IMG/VR virus record: IMGVR_UViG_3300034684_000059
Location: 1-64,000 of that record
Direction: 5' to 3' (one strand)
DNA: 64,000 nt
Source: a virus
Lineage: Duplodnaviria; Caudoviricetes
Both the position numbers and the translations under genes were made by a program. The notes below the pieces were generated by a model, which was given only the letters and a program-made list of their open reading frames with translations, was not told the origin of the DNA and searched no databases. How positions within the stretch are numbered: position 1 is the first letter of the stretch; each line of letters opens with the position of its first letter. Below are positions 1 through 8,874 of this stretch, in pieces.

Positions 1-1323
1 TCCAGTCCAAGTTCCAGAGTTGATCGTACAACGAAAGCCTTGTCCGTAACGTTCCCACGCTGCAGCTTCGTGTTGAGGTGGAGTTCCTCCAGGGTAATAC
101 TCAGTATGGTTGCTGAATCTATCCCAAGAGTTGAAGACTTCTGCTAATGTAGGCGGAGTGTATGATGTTTTGAATACTTCCAGTTCTTCGGTATTAAAAA
201 TGTATGCTTCCAGTTCAGGAAGTTCTAACACATTCAATTTGACCGTTCCTGTAGCAACGTAATCTAGAGCATCTTTTATATTGTATTGAAATTCTGCAGG
301 ATTTCCAGCGAATCCAGTACTTTGGAAGGTGATGTTGCCTGCATTTTCTGTAACTTCTCCTCCTACAACATGATCACCCAGTCCGGTATATGTTATCGGA
401 GGATTTTTAGTTATGTCGTTGGATAATAACTGAGATACAGGTAAAACTATAGAACTTCCCTGAGTTATATCAAAGACGTCGTTAACTGCCGTGATGGGAT
501 GTGGTTCTCTTATCCTCAACGATACTTGGGATTCGACGGTTTCTCCAGTTGTACGATTTTTAATAACACACACAAACGTAGCAGTTTGTCCGATGTCAGA
601 ACTGTCTTCGAATGTGATAGAAGAAATCTTACCGTTGAAAGTGCTGGTTCTAACAGTACCTCCAACTACGGAGTTGATTGAAATTATCTCTAAGACATCC
701 GCGTCTTTGTTCGATACAATTTCTCCATCTGCACGCACAAGATCATTATTCAGTATGTCAGATGTTCCCATGACAAACGGTACCCCTTGAGAACAAAAGA
801 ATCCGTCATCGATAGGTAACGTTGTGACATCTATATCGTATTCGTCATTGAGTCCTTTTAATAGTTCTTTGACAAATAACGCCACGTGTTTAAAATTGTG
901 GGGCTTTCTTTTGTAAAGTTCAAGGATCTCATTCTGTCTGAACTGAGTTAAGATTTTCGGACGATGCGATTCATATTCGTATTGTAGACTAGTTCGTAGG
1001 AGTCGTCCAAGTCTGGGGGTTCCTTCTCCGTGTGTTCGGCGTATCGTCAAAAACGATTGCATCGGATACGGTTCATCCAAAACGAGATAAAATACATCTT
1101 GGTGTTTAACTTGTTGTATCAGATTACCTTGATAAAAGTCTACCGTGATGGGTTTTCCTGGGTCTTTAGAAAACTGACCTATAGTCAGGTTATTTTTGAG
1201 TATTCTTCCATGCCCAGAAGGGATATCTTCAAAATCTATTTTGAGGTTTAAAAATACAGTGCTTTTTGTAGTCTGTATTTCTGATATGGGCACTCCCGTG
1301 TTGTCAGTGAACTGAAGGATCAT
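1..1323 (-). CDS. Tail fibre/adhesin with cadherin-like (Big_9-type) Ig domains; 3' end runs off the window
   Basis: Not in the ORF track because it lacks a stop. Hand translation from ATG at 1323 (RBS GAAGGAGG) is open for 441 codons: MILQFTDNTG...PITAVNDVFDITQGSSIVLPVSQLLSND...GNITFQSTGFAGNPAEFQYNIKD...GTVKLNV (cadherin-like/Big_9 pattern), then PPTLAEVFNSWDRFS. Confidence 0.7.
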   Translation of the reverse strand, partial: MILQFTDNTGVPISEIQTTKSTVFLNLKIDFEDIPSGHGRILKNNLTIGQFSKDPGKPITVDFYQGNLIQQVKHQDVFYLVLDEPYPMQSFLTIRRTHGEGTPRLGRLLRTSLQYEYESHRPKILTQFRQNEILELYKRKPHNFKHVALFVKELLKGLNDEYDIDVTTLPIDDGFFCSQGVPFVMGTSDILNNDLVRADGEIVSNKDADVLEIISINSVVGGTVRTSTFNGKISSITFEDSSDIGQTATFVCVIKNRTTGETVESQVSLRIREPHPITAVNDVFDITQGSSIVLPVSQLLSNDITKNPPITYTGLGDHVVGGEVTENAGNITFQSTGFAGNPAEFQYNIKDALDYVATGTVKLNVLELPELEAYIFNTEELEVFKTSYTPPTLAEVFNSWDRFSNHTEYYPGGTPPQHEAAAWERYGQGFRCTINSGTWTG

Positions 1324-1344
1324 AATCTTATCGTAACCTCCTTC

Positions 1345-1947
1345 TTAGTTTTTGACACTAAGAAAAAATGTTAACGTAGACGGATACGTATTGATGATGT
1401 CAAGTTGTCTACTGATAGGATCAATAGTCCAATACGCAACACTGGCAGCGTCCGCTAATACTCCATCATCTTCAAATTTCAGATGAACATGTACGTAATG
1501 TAAATCTCCTAATGTTTCATCTAATACAGTTGACCAAGTTTGATCTTGATCAAGTTCAAACGAAGTGTTGAGTATATAAAACGAAAGATCTTCTGGAGTG
1601 TGAGTATGTGTCCTATCTGCAGCTCCGATCGCTTCAGGTAAATGAGTATGATCTTTGTTTGCAGCTCCAAGATCATTAAGAGCATGGGTATGCTCGACTG
1701 TCGCAGCCCCGATGTTCTCAGGGGTTATAGGATCTCTACCTCCCTGAGCATGTGATGCACTGTGTGGTGCAGTAGAATCGAGCAATATCCCATACTCAAG
1801 TTCGGACCATCTCTTGTTGTCTATCCCAACTTTTAAGTTAGTAGTACCTTTGTCGAGAGCAGCTTCTCCTGTGAGGATGACTGGATCTTCGGATTCCCAT
1901 TCTGACTTTGGTCTGATGTGGATTCTGAGATTTGTGACGATGGGCAT
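1345..1947 (-). CDS. Tail fibre-related protein (Mtd-N/hyaluronidase-like N-terminus plus His-Thr-His repeats)
   Basis: IHIRPKSEWESEDPVILTGEAALDKGTTNLKVG...WSELEY matches the Mtd N-terminal-type motif. It is followed by HASH.QGG.DPITPE.IGAA and repeated GAA..HTH fibre motifs. Confidence 0.65.
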   Translation of the reverse strand: MPIVTNLRIHIRPKSEWESEDPVILTGEAALDKGTTNLKVGIDNKRWSELEYGILLDSTAPHSASHAQGGRDPITPENIGAATVEHTHALNDLGAANKDHTHLPEAIGAADRTHTHTPEDLSFYILNTSFELDQDQTWSTVLDETLGDLHYVHVHLKFEDDGVLADAASVAYWTIDPISRQLDIINTYPSTLTFFLSVKN

Positions 1948-2669
1948 GTAGTTTCCTCCAGAGACGTTAAATATGCTTTCAGTGTGGATTTTAAATCCGG
2001 AATATGATGCAAATATGCAGTTGCGTTCCAGAAAAAGATATCTATAGGAAAGATCTGATTGTAAAGATCAATGACTCCTACGGGAGGATGAATCGCCGTA
2101 CGAATAAGGCATTCGTCCATAATATCGAGCATACCTTCTTTTGAAGTTGCAACCAGATTCGGATCATATTTTAAAGCCGATATTCTTGTTTCCGGAGTAA
2201 TTTGATCAAAATATACCGGGAATTCTTCTATAGGTGCAAGTGCTTCTCGTATGTGCGATACTTCTTCTCTAGTTTTTTCTCGGTGATACTTCCATTGTCC
2301 GGAGATGGCTCGATAGTATCTGGTCAGAGCCATACTGCCACCTCTGGTCAAGATGTGTGCCATATGGTTGATACCACTATCGTTGTAAATATTGCCTGTA
2401 CGCAATTGGAGAAGATGTCTAAGAGTAGCATTTAATGAATCTGCAAGAAGAGAGTCAGAACCTTCAGGATTATTTTGCCAACTATAAAACGAATATTTTT
2501 GTGCACCAAATTCGTGAACTGTAGAAATAGTTACAAAGGCTAACTGAAAGAAATCTAGAGTTTCAACGAATGGATATTTTTTAAAAAAGAAATGATCTTC
2601 CGAACTAACAGAAGCTTGAGCAAAGAACTTTCGTTCATTTTTTATTTGTTGTTTACGAGGATTTGACAT
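1833..2669 (-). CDS. dATP/dGTP diphosphohydrolase-like (DUF5664-type) domain protein
   Basis: Motif V.EFGAQKY..YSW...DSLNATLRHL...GNIYNDSGINHMAH resembles the FGA.KY...NW...RHL...G...D.ESG..H.AH signature. The C-terminus overlaps the next gene by 115 nt. Confidence 0.6.
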   Translation of the reverse strand: MSNPRKQQIKNERKFFAQASVSSEDHFFFKKYPFVETLDFFQLAFVTISTVHEFGAQKYSFYSWQNNPEGSDSLLADSLNATLRHLLQLRTGNIYNDSGINHMAHILTRGGSMALTRYYRAISGQWKYHREKTREEVSHIREALAPIEEFPVYFDQITPETRISALKYDPNLVATSKEGMLDIMDECLIRTAIHPPVGVIDLYNQIFPIDIFFWNATAYLHHIPDLKSTLKAYLTSLEETTCPSSQISESTSDQSQNGNPKIQSSSQEKLLSTKVLLT

Positions 2670-2695
2670 AGAACGTCCTTATTTTTAAGGTTAAG

Positions 2696-2705
2696 TCATT
2701 GTATG
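2696..2705 (+). promoter_or_regulatory. Putative late promoter (CATTnTATG)
   Basis: TCATTGTATG precedes a structural operon. phiKZ late promoters carry a TATG core, and similar motifs occur at 8747(-), 51795, 55501 and 62964(-). Confidence 0.4.
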
Positions 2706-2735
2706 AGTTTAATGCGGCCCTATTTGGAGGAAAAT

Positions 2736-4277
2736 ATGCCCACTATTCATACGACCATAGGTGAAATGACAAATCATATTCACCATACGGTATCGACACA
2801 ACTTGTTAAAAAATTAACTTCCGAGATATTCCCTGAGATCACGTTTCACGATAATTTTTATTTGGATACTGGGTATAGTGTAGTTCAGTCGTATGTGGAT
2901 CACAACCACAATCACAAATTAAAAGGAACTCAATTAAACGTAAAAGCATATCCATCACTGAATGTCCAGAATCTCAAATGGTCCAGTTTTTCAGGGTTAC
3001 ATGATACATCATACTACTGTTCCGTTGCGAGATTAAATAACCACCCTGTGATATTTGTAGACAAATCCGCTAAGACTTTTGTTTCTGAGCTAAGTATCCC
3101 TACAGCTATTACTTTGGAATTTGAACTGGAATTACGCCAACGAGATCTGACCTACGCTCTTCGGGATAGATTATTTCGAAAATATGGAAATGGACATGTA
3201 CATACAGAAATCATAGAGTACACATATCCTCTTCCGCAGAATGTAATATTAGCACTTTATCATATTTTCAAACTCCGGAAATTTAACTCGCCTATCACCT
3301 TTGAAGAATACCTTCAAAAAGGATCAAATGAATTAATAGAAAAAGTTGTTTCCAAAGCAGATCTTTCTGGAGAAAAAGATGTCGAACTGGTTGTTCCCAA
3401 ACAACTTGCTAATGTTCATGTGGAAGTAGAAGGAAATATAGATCGTCCTGAAGAAAATAAGATCGATAAAGCTACAACATCGTACACGCTTAACTTTACA
3501 TTGTCTGCACAGTACACACGAGCAGATATGCTTATAATGAAGTATCCTGTAGTAGTGGACAATCAAGTTATCCCTTCTAGTTTAACTCCAGTACCATCTT
3601 CAGCACATACACCGAAGATGGCGGATCCTGATTATCCTGAATACGGATCTAGTTTTGAAACAGTCAGACGAGCATTTTTGTGTGGTGGACTGCCAAGTTC
3701 TATCAAGATACCATATTACGACGATTGGATTCGTCCTGAAAGTCCACTGGAAAGTTCGTCGTATAGAGAATTTGCGTCCATTGTATTTACGTTAGATGGT
3801 CCGACTACCACATTGGATCTTTCTGAGTTTTCAGTTAAAGAAGACCAAGAATATACGATTCATCCAATCATACTTGAGACTTTAACAAAATTCCAGAGAG
3901 CAGTATTTCGTGTAGACAGTCTTTTAGGACTGGAAATCTATGCTGATGATGATCTCATAGACCCTTCTGTCATCCAGTTGAATGGAACACAGATAACTTT
4001 GAACTACTATGATCCTAAATGTGAATATCGCTTAGTACTGTATGAAATGGAAAAAATAGGTTATTTAGATCCAGAGTTTTATCCTTGGGTCAAAGAACAC
4101 TGGCCATTTTTTAGAGTATCACGAGATATCTCAAGATTAGTTAAACTCAAAGTTATAAATGCTCATCCAGATAAGATCTTCGATGATCCTTCTAATCAAT
4201 TTCTGGGAGGAAATCTGGATATGCTTCGTCGACTTAAGAGTCTTTTCGCCGACATTGTAACTAAACGTGAGAGGTAG
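2736..4277 (+). CDS. Conserved jumbo-phage virion structural protein
   Basis: Long ORF, probable start ATG 2736 after GGAGG. First gene of a tightly packed operon behind a late-type motif. Resembles phiKZ-like tail/neck structural genes (recalled, not searched). Confidence 0.55.
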   Translation: MPTIHTTIGEMTNHIHHTVSTQLVKKLTSEIFPEITFHDNFYLDTGYSVVQSYVDHNHNHKLKGTQLNVKAYPSLNVQNLKWSSFSGLHDTSYYCSVARLNNHPVIFVDKSAKTFVSELSIPTAITLEFELELRQRDLTYALRDRLFRKYGNGHVHTEIIEYTYPLPQNVILALYHIFKLRKFNSPITFEEYLQKGSNELIEKVVSKADLSGEKDVELVVPKQLANVHVEVEGNIDRPEENKIDKATTSYTLNFTLSAQYTRADMLIMKYPVVVDNQVIPSSLTPVPSSAHTPKMADPDYPEYGSSFETVRRAFLCGGLPSSIKIPYYDDWIRPESPLESSSYREFASIVFTLDGPTTTLDLSEFSVKEDQEYTIHPIILETLTKFQRAVFRVDSLLGLEIYADDDLIDPSVIQLNGTQITLNYYDPKCEYRLVLYEMEKIGYLDPEFYPWVKEHWPFFRVSRDISRLVKLKVINAHPDKIFDDPSNQFLGGNLDMLRRLKSLFADIVTKRER

Positions 4278-4279
4278 TT

Positions 4280-5569
4280 ATGGGATTTATTAGTTCTTCA
4301 GGGAATAAAGTATCTACTCCAAAAGAAGAGATAGACAGAACGCCTACAGATAGATTGATTCCTAAAGAAGAAATTGTTTTTACTGATAAGGATGTTTCGG
4401 ATATGCCTCATGTCCGTGATATCTGGGAAACTCAAACATCAATCAATGTAGATCGATATGATGAAACTGTAGCTGCACTTCAGTTATTCGTTCGTGGAGC
4501 TACAATAAAGGTTACTTACTATCATCAAAACTTACCTGGAAATCGTAGACAAGGGGATATCTCTCAACTGGAATCAGATACACATAACGTCCACAAAGAT
4601 ACCACCAAGATACTTGGATTTGAATTGAAGTTGCAATCTGGTATAGAAGCAGATCTACAATCTGACGATACCAACAGAGCACTTATCCAAGGTGAAGCTG
4701 TCACGTATCCTGGATTCATTCCTTACGTACACGATAGATTCAGTATGGACTTAAGTGATGGTCGATTTGGTGATTGCGAAGTAACAAGTATCGTTCCTTT
4801 ATCGCATAGAAAAAGTAAAAGCTACAAACTAAATTTCTACGTCAGACAATTTACAACTTCTCCGGTTTTGGAAGAGTTAGAACCGACAGTACGTGAAACG
4901 TATGTGTTTGACAAATTGGTCAATCTGGATCGAGGAACATTTAGTCTTTATAAAAGAGACGATTATCTTATCCAGCAAAAGTTCATCGAACTTAAACGAG
5001 TGTATACTAACCACTACTTCAGGAATTTCTACAATCCGGATGCACTGAGTATCATCCCTCCGGATGGAGTGTACGATCCCTATGTGGTGGATTTTCTTAA
5101 CCGTATACTGAGTTGTCAGGAAACAAAAGCTAAGCCACTGCAGTTATTTACAAGATCACGGAATTTTGACAATACTGTTTGGAGTTTACTGTACCATCAG
5201 CTTCCAGTTGGTCTTCTTCCTGAAACACGTTGCTCTGTAGATAAAAAATTCCACCAAGCCAATAACTATCACTACGATCACAACTGGCTTCTTAACAAAT
5301 ACTACAGAGACTTGAATACTTTTGATACCCAAAAAGATCCTTACGTGTTTAGCTATGCGTTTTACCATCGCAACACTGGACAGATGTCAGTGTATGAAAG
5401 ATTAGTGTATTCCGTATTAGAAGATAGAAAGATACCGTCTATGGCTGCACTTCTGTCAGAAATAGATACGTATTTTTCACAAGCTTCAGAAATACAGTTT
5501 TATACTTATCCAACATATGTCTATCTGATGACTTTAGCTATACATCAACTTCCGTACACAGGACGATAA
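4280..5569 (+). CDS. Conserved jumbo-phage virion structural protein
   Basis: 429 aa. VTYYHQ...GFELKLQ...GEAVTYPGFIPYVHDRF and YDPYVVDFL motifs are typical of phiKZ-like structural proteins. Confidence 0.55.
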   Translation: MGFISSSGNKVSTPKEEIDRTPTDRLIPKEEIVFTDKDVSDMPHVRDIWETQTSINVDRYDETVAALQLFVRGATIKVTYYHQNLPGNRRQGDISQLESDTHNVHKDTTKILGFELKLQSGIEADLQSDDTNRALIQGEAVTYPGFIPYVHDRFSMDLSDGRFGDCEVTSIVPLSHRKSKSYKLNFYVRQFTTSPVLEELEPTVRETYVFDKLVNLDRGTFSLYKRDDYLIQQKFIELKRVYTNHYFRNFYNPDALSIIPPDGVYDPYVVDFLNRILSCQETKAKPLQLFTRSRNFDNTVWSLLYHQLPVGLLPETRCSVDKKFHQANNYHYDHNWLLNKYYRDLNTFDTQKDPYVFSYAFYHRNTGQMSVYERLVYSVLEDRKIPSMAALLSEIDTYFSQASEIQFYTYPTYVYLMTLAIHQLPYTGR

Positions 5570-5570
5570 C

Positions 5571-6056
5571 ATGCGACCAACTATCCCGAATCGAAGCATA
5601 TCCTTAGATCCTTTTGAAAGGTTGCAACAGAGAACATTCAAATTGTTCAATGTTCCAGCTACTTACGGTTCTGCATCAGATTATGAATTTATGTTCCCTG
5701 AGAATGGACCGATCGCCATGTACTACGATGGAGAAACTGTAACTACTCATCGTACTTTGTTTGAGATTATAACGATGTTCTCGGAAAAAGTGAACTTTAG
5801 CATAGCAGATAAAGACGACATCCCTGAAATGTATCACGTGTTGGAAGAGTTTATTTTACAGTATCCGTTAGAAAAGTTTGCTGACCATAGAGAAGCACAT
5901 GTGTTTTATCAAAAGATAGAAAAGTTTAGACCTTTCATCCGAAAACTTCACACAGCATACGTCAATCAGATCAAACTTCCAAAAGATAAACAACGCAGTC
6001 CTAAACAGTCTGCTTCTAACTTTAACTCTGTGATACGTAGTCGTATACGAAATTAG
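5571..6056 (+). CDS. Conserved hypothetical phage protein
   Basis: 161-aa ORF closely abutting both neighbours within the structural operon. Confidence 0.6.
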   Translation: MRPTIPNRSISLDPFERLQQRTFKLFNVPATYGSASDYEFMFPENGPIAMYYDGETVTTHRTLFEIITMFSEKVNFSIADKDDIPEMYHVLEEFILQYPLEKFADHREAHVFYQKIEKFRPFIRKLHTAYVNQIKLPKDKQRSPKQSASNFNSVIRSRIRN

Positions 6057-6068
6057 GGAGAATGTCTG

Positions 6069-7400
6069 ATGCCTAGTCTTCCTAGTAAACGAATGCAGAC
6101 CGAAGTCAATCGGATAATGGACAATGTTCAGCAAGGAACACGAGCATATCAGATATTTTTTTACACAACAAAAGATAGTAGTATACGAGTAGAACCTACG
6201 TTCTTCGATGAATTGTTTATACAACAACGATTCCATTCTGACTATATGAACAATATGTTTCTTCAGGTTCAGATACCTGTAGCAGATGCGATCTTGTTGT
6301 TAGAACATTATCAAGATCTAAAAGTACAAATCAAATCATTTCCGATAGAACCTATCACTGGACAATATATTGTCAACACATTTCCGACAGTAAAAACATA
6401 TAAAGTGATCATCCCTGACGCTGAAGATCTCTTTAAAAAATATTCCAGAAATGAACTTATCCCAGATCCAGGTTCAGCTCTACTCGAATCCCAACATGGA
6501 ATGATAGCTAATCTCAATGTTCAATTATTTGAAGAAGACGCGTATTATTTACGTAATACTTCTATCTCCGGGATTTTGAGAAATGCCACCATCAAAGATG
6601 CTATCTACTATGTGTGTAATATTCTTGGGATCAAAGATACAGAGATTACACCTCCGGACAACAACCGAAGGTATGTAAACTTAGAAATCCCTGCAGTGAA
6701 GCAACTTGCAAATATCTTTGACTATCTTCAGGACACATATGGGATCTATAAGGATGGCCTAAATTATTACTTCACAGAAGGAAAACTTTACGTCTATCCG
6801 GGGTATCGCACCAACCCCACAACACAATCAGTAGTTCACATATACAACGTTCCTATGAACAGCTATCTTGGGCTTAAAGGATATCATTACAAAGAAAAAG
6901 ATGGTACAGTTCATATCTTGTGTAATCAAGAAGTCCAAGTTAAGAACATGGCTCCAGAAGGAGTAGAAAGAAATGGTTCTCATCGTGTATTCTTTAGAAC
7001 GGATAGGTTCTTCGATACTTCAAGAGTAGCTAATTCTCGAACTCACCAGATCCAGCAAAACTATGCAGGGATAAGCTTAGCTCACAAACGTGGAGCAGTA
7101 GCAAAATCTTCCAGATTGGAATATGGTGGAGTTACTAACAACATATATGCAGTATCTAGTGCATTAGCAGAATTTGACTGCACACTACTTACAAGTTCCT
7201 GGTTAAAGGCAGAATACGGAATATTGCAACCGGGACAAAAAGTCATATACCATTACGATCAAGATCGAGTATATACTACTACACAAGGAGTAGTGGTAGA
7301 AGTTACATATGTGACTTCTATATCTGATCGAAAATCTGATTACCAGTACACTACAGTTGCGGTGTATGGTCTTAGATTAGAATCCAACCCTATGGAATAG
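6069..7400 (+). CDS. Putative baseplate hub-like structural protein
   Basis: 443 aa. PPDN.RRYVNLEIP...IFDYLQDTYGIY..G..YY....LYVYP and W..A...ILQPGQKV are consistent with phiKZ-like hub proteins. Last gene before a hairpin. Confidence 0.5.
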   Translation: MPSLPSKRMQTEVNRIMDNVQQGTRAYQIFFYTTKDSSIRVEPTFFDELFIQQRFHSDYMNNMFLQVQIPVADAILLLEHYQDLKVQIKSFPIEPITGQYIVNTFPTVKTYKVIIPDAEDLFKKYSRNELIPDPGSALLESQHGMIANLNVQLFEEDAYYLRNTSISGILRNATIKDAIYYVCNILGIKDTEITPPDNNRRYVNLEIPAVKQLANIFDYLQDTYGIYKDGLNYYFTEGKLYVYPGYRTNPTTQSVVHIYNVPMNSYLGLKGYHYKEKDGTVHILCNQEVQVKNMAPEGVERNGSHRVFFRTDRFFDTSRVANSRTHQIQQNYAGISLAHKRGAVAKSSRLEYGGVTNNIYAVSSALAEFDCTLLTSSWLKAEYGILQPGQKVIYHYDQDRVYTTTQGVVVEVTYVTSISDRKSDYQYTTVAVYGLRLESNPME

Positions 7401-7415
7401 TTTGATACGGTGTTA

Positions 7416-7447
7416 TAAGAAGATCCTCCACACGGAGGATCTTCTTA
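7416..7447. terminator. Bidirectional hairpin terminator
   Basis: TAAGAAGATCCTCC-acac-GGAGGATCTTCTTA, a 14-bp perfect stem between convergent genes. Confidence 0.75.
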
Positions 7448-7454
7448 GTTATAG

Positions 7455-7496
7455 GTATTTATTTTTTACATGCACTATATCTTATGTTAGAAAACT
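7455..7496 (+). repeat. ~42-bp dispersed repeat, copy 1
   Basis: GTATTTATTTTTTACATGCACTATATCTTATGTTAGAAAACT matches 43667-43707 with 3 mismatches and 1 gap. Confidence 0.7.
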
Positions 7497-7535
7497 GCTC
7501 TTAGAGTAGTCTTCGATAGACAGCCGTACGTATGT

Positions 7536-8699
7536 TTACAATTTGAGACTTTCATTCAGTGCGTCTAACTTTTCAGTTATTAGAATTTTAAGATATGTAT
7601 CTCGTACTCTAGAAACGATATTTCTAGATTGTAAACGCATGACATATGTCCTAAGAGTTCTAGCTAACTGTTGATAGCTTGACATATCCGATTTCCACTG
7701 ATACGTCTTTACGATAGCTTCTACCAACGGAAGATCTCGCAACACTCTAACATAATCCAATTGAGAAAGATAGCTTATATTCTGGTACTCTAAGGTGTAG
7801 TTTACTCTATCAAGCAGACTCCCCTGATACAGTATTTTTGAAGCTAATAATGTCTGAACTTGTATGCTATTCTTACGAACAAGATCAAGTTTTTCACACA
7901 TCTCTCTCATCGCTGGTATATAGCTGCTACCTAATCTACCGTAATGTTGATTTGATAACGGAATGACTTTTAAGAATTCTTCTCGTTCTTCGATGTCGTT
8001 AAGTTCTATACATGTTAAGAACCTATCTATAACCCACACGTCTTGAAGATCGTCTAAAAAATTACCCATCACATACTTTTGTATGAAAGATGCTGGATCT
8101 GTGGATCTTTGCTCTATCTGCGCACGTTGTAAGTATTTAAAATACTTGAACATCAGAGAAATAGTATCGACAAACACCATGGTATAATACGGAGGATCGT
8201 ATTTGTATTCGATATGTCCTTTGAGGATATTCAATGTGTATTCACTAGATCGATGTCCCCAAAGATGCACCGGACGAATAGGTTCCCAAGCAGACCACGG
8301 TAAGTCCATCGGAAGAATACGAAGATGATCTATGTTATCCGTAGAACAAATCAATTCTTGAGTACGCACAATAGAACTCTTGTAGAACATTCCATAATAC
8401 GGCTTTCCTTTGGCTACAGGATCAAAGTATTTGGATGTGACTTGAGACATAGGTAAGAACCAATCTAAATACCTGTCAATATCACTTGGCAAGGTAAGAA
8501 GATATTCGAAATCTTGATCTACGTTCCCTAACATTCGGCGAAGTACTCTAGCCCCAGAACTGAGCATAAGTTCAGCATTCAGATAACGAGTACGCAGTTC
8601 TTCTTTTTGACGCTGTAGATATTGTAATTGTAATTCCCATTTCGGGAGAGCTACATGAGTATTTGTATTTCGTATAAAGGGAAGAATTGTTTCTAACAT
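7536..8699 (-). CDS. Conserved hypothetical phage protein, divergent from the chimallin candidate
   Basis: 387-aa ORF preceded on the minus strand by the late-type motif CACATTCTATG (8757-8747). Confidence 0.65.
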   Translation of the reverse strand: MLETILPFIRNTNTHVALPKWELQLQYLQRQKEELRTRYLNAELMLSSGARVLRRMLGNVDQDFEYLLTLPSDIDRYLDWFLPMSQVTSKYFDPVAKGKPYYGMFYKSSIVRTQELICSTDNIDHLRILPMDLPWSAWEPIRPVHLWGHRSSEYTLNILKGHIEYKYDPPYYTMVFVDTISLMFKYFKYLQRAQIEQRSTDPASFIQKYVMGNFLDDLQDVWVIDRFLTCIELNDIEEREEFLKVIPLSNQHYGRLGSSYIPAMREMCEKLDLVRKNSIQVQTLLASKILYQGSLLDRVNYTLEYQNISYLSQLDYVRVLRDLPLVEAIVKTYQWKSDMSSYQQLARTLRTYVMRLQSRNIVSRVRDTYLKILITEKLDALNESLKL

Positions 8700-8787
8700 T
8701 GGAAATCCCTTCTATGTTATTGAGGTTATTTTTATTTACCTTAAGACATAGAATGTGAAGATGTGGTATATCCAACAAGAATATACG

Positions 8788-8805
8788 GATATATCATTAA
8801 TTTGA
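8788..8805 (+). promoter_or_regulatory. Early promoter variant (TATATCAT-N5-TG)
   Basis: GATATATCATTAATTTGA has the same spacing as the TATATTAC-N5-TG sites elsewhere and lies upstream of the chimallin candidate. Confidence 0.5.
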
Positions 8806-8874
8806 ATTGGCATTGGTAATTTACCAAAGTTGTCCTTAGGCCAAGGCAACATTAACCCTTAAGGGAGATCCCTC

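Noticed and set aside
491-1251. Plus-strand ORFs 491-790, 499-681 and 1030-1251
   Set aside because: They are antisense shadows of the long minus-strand tail-fibre ORF (1323 to window start).
1345-1947. Diversity-generating retroelement suggested by the Mtd-N-like domain
   Set aside because: No reverse transcriptase or TR/VR pair is visible. The 83-bp repeat has only two mismatches and lies in an N-terminal domain, not a C-terminal variable region.
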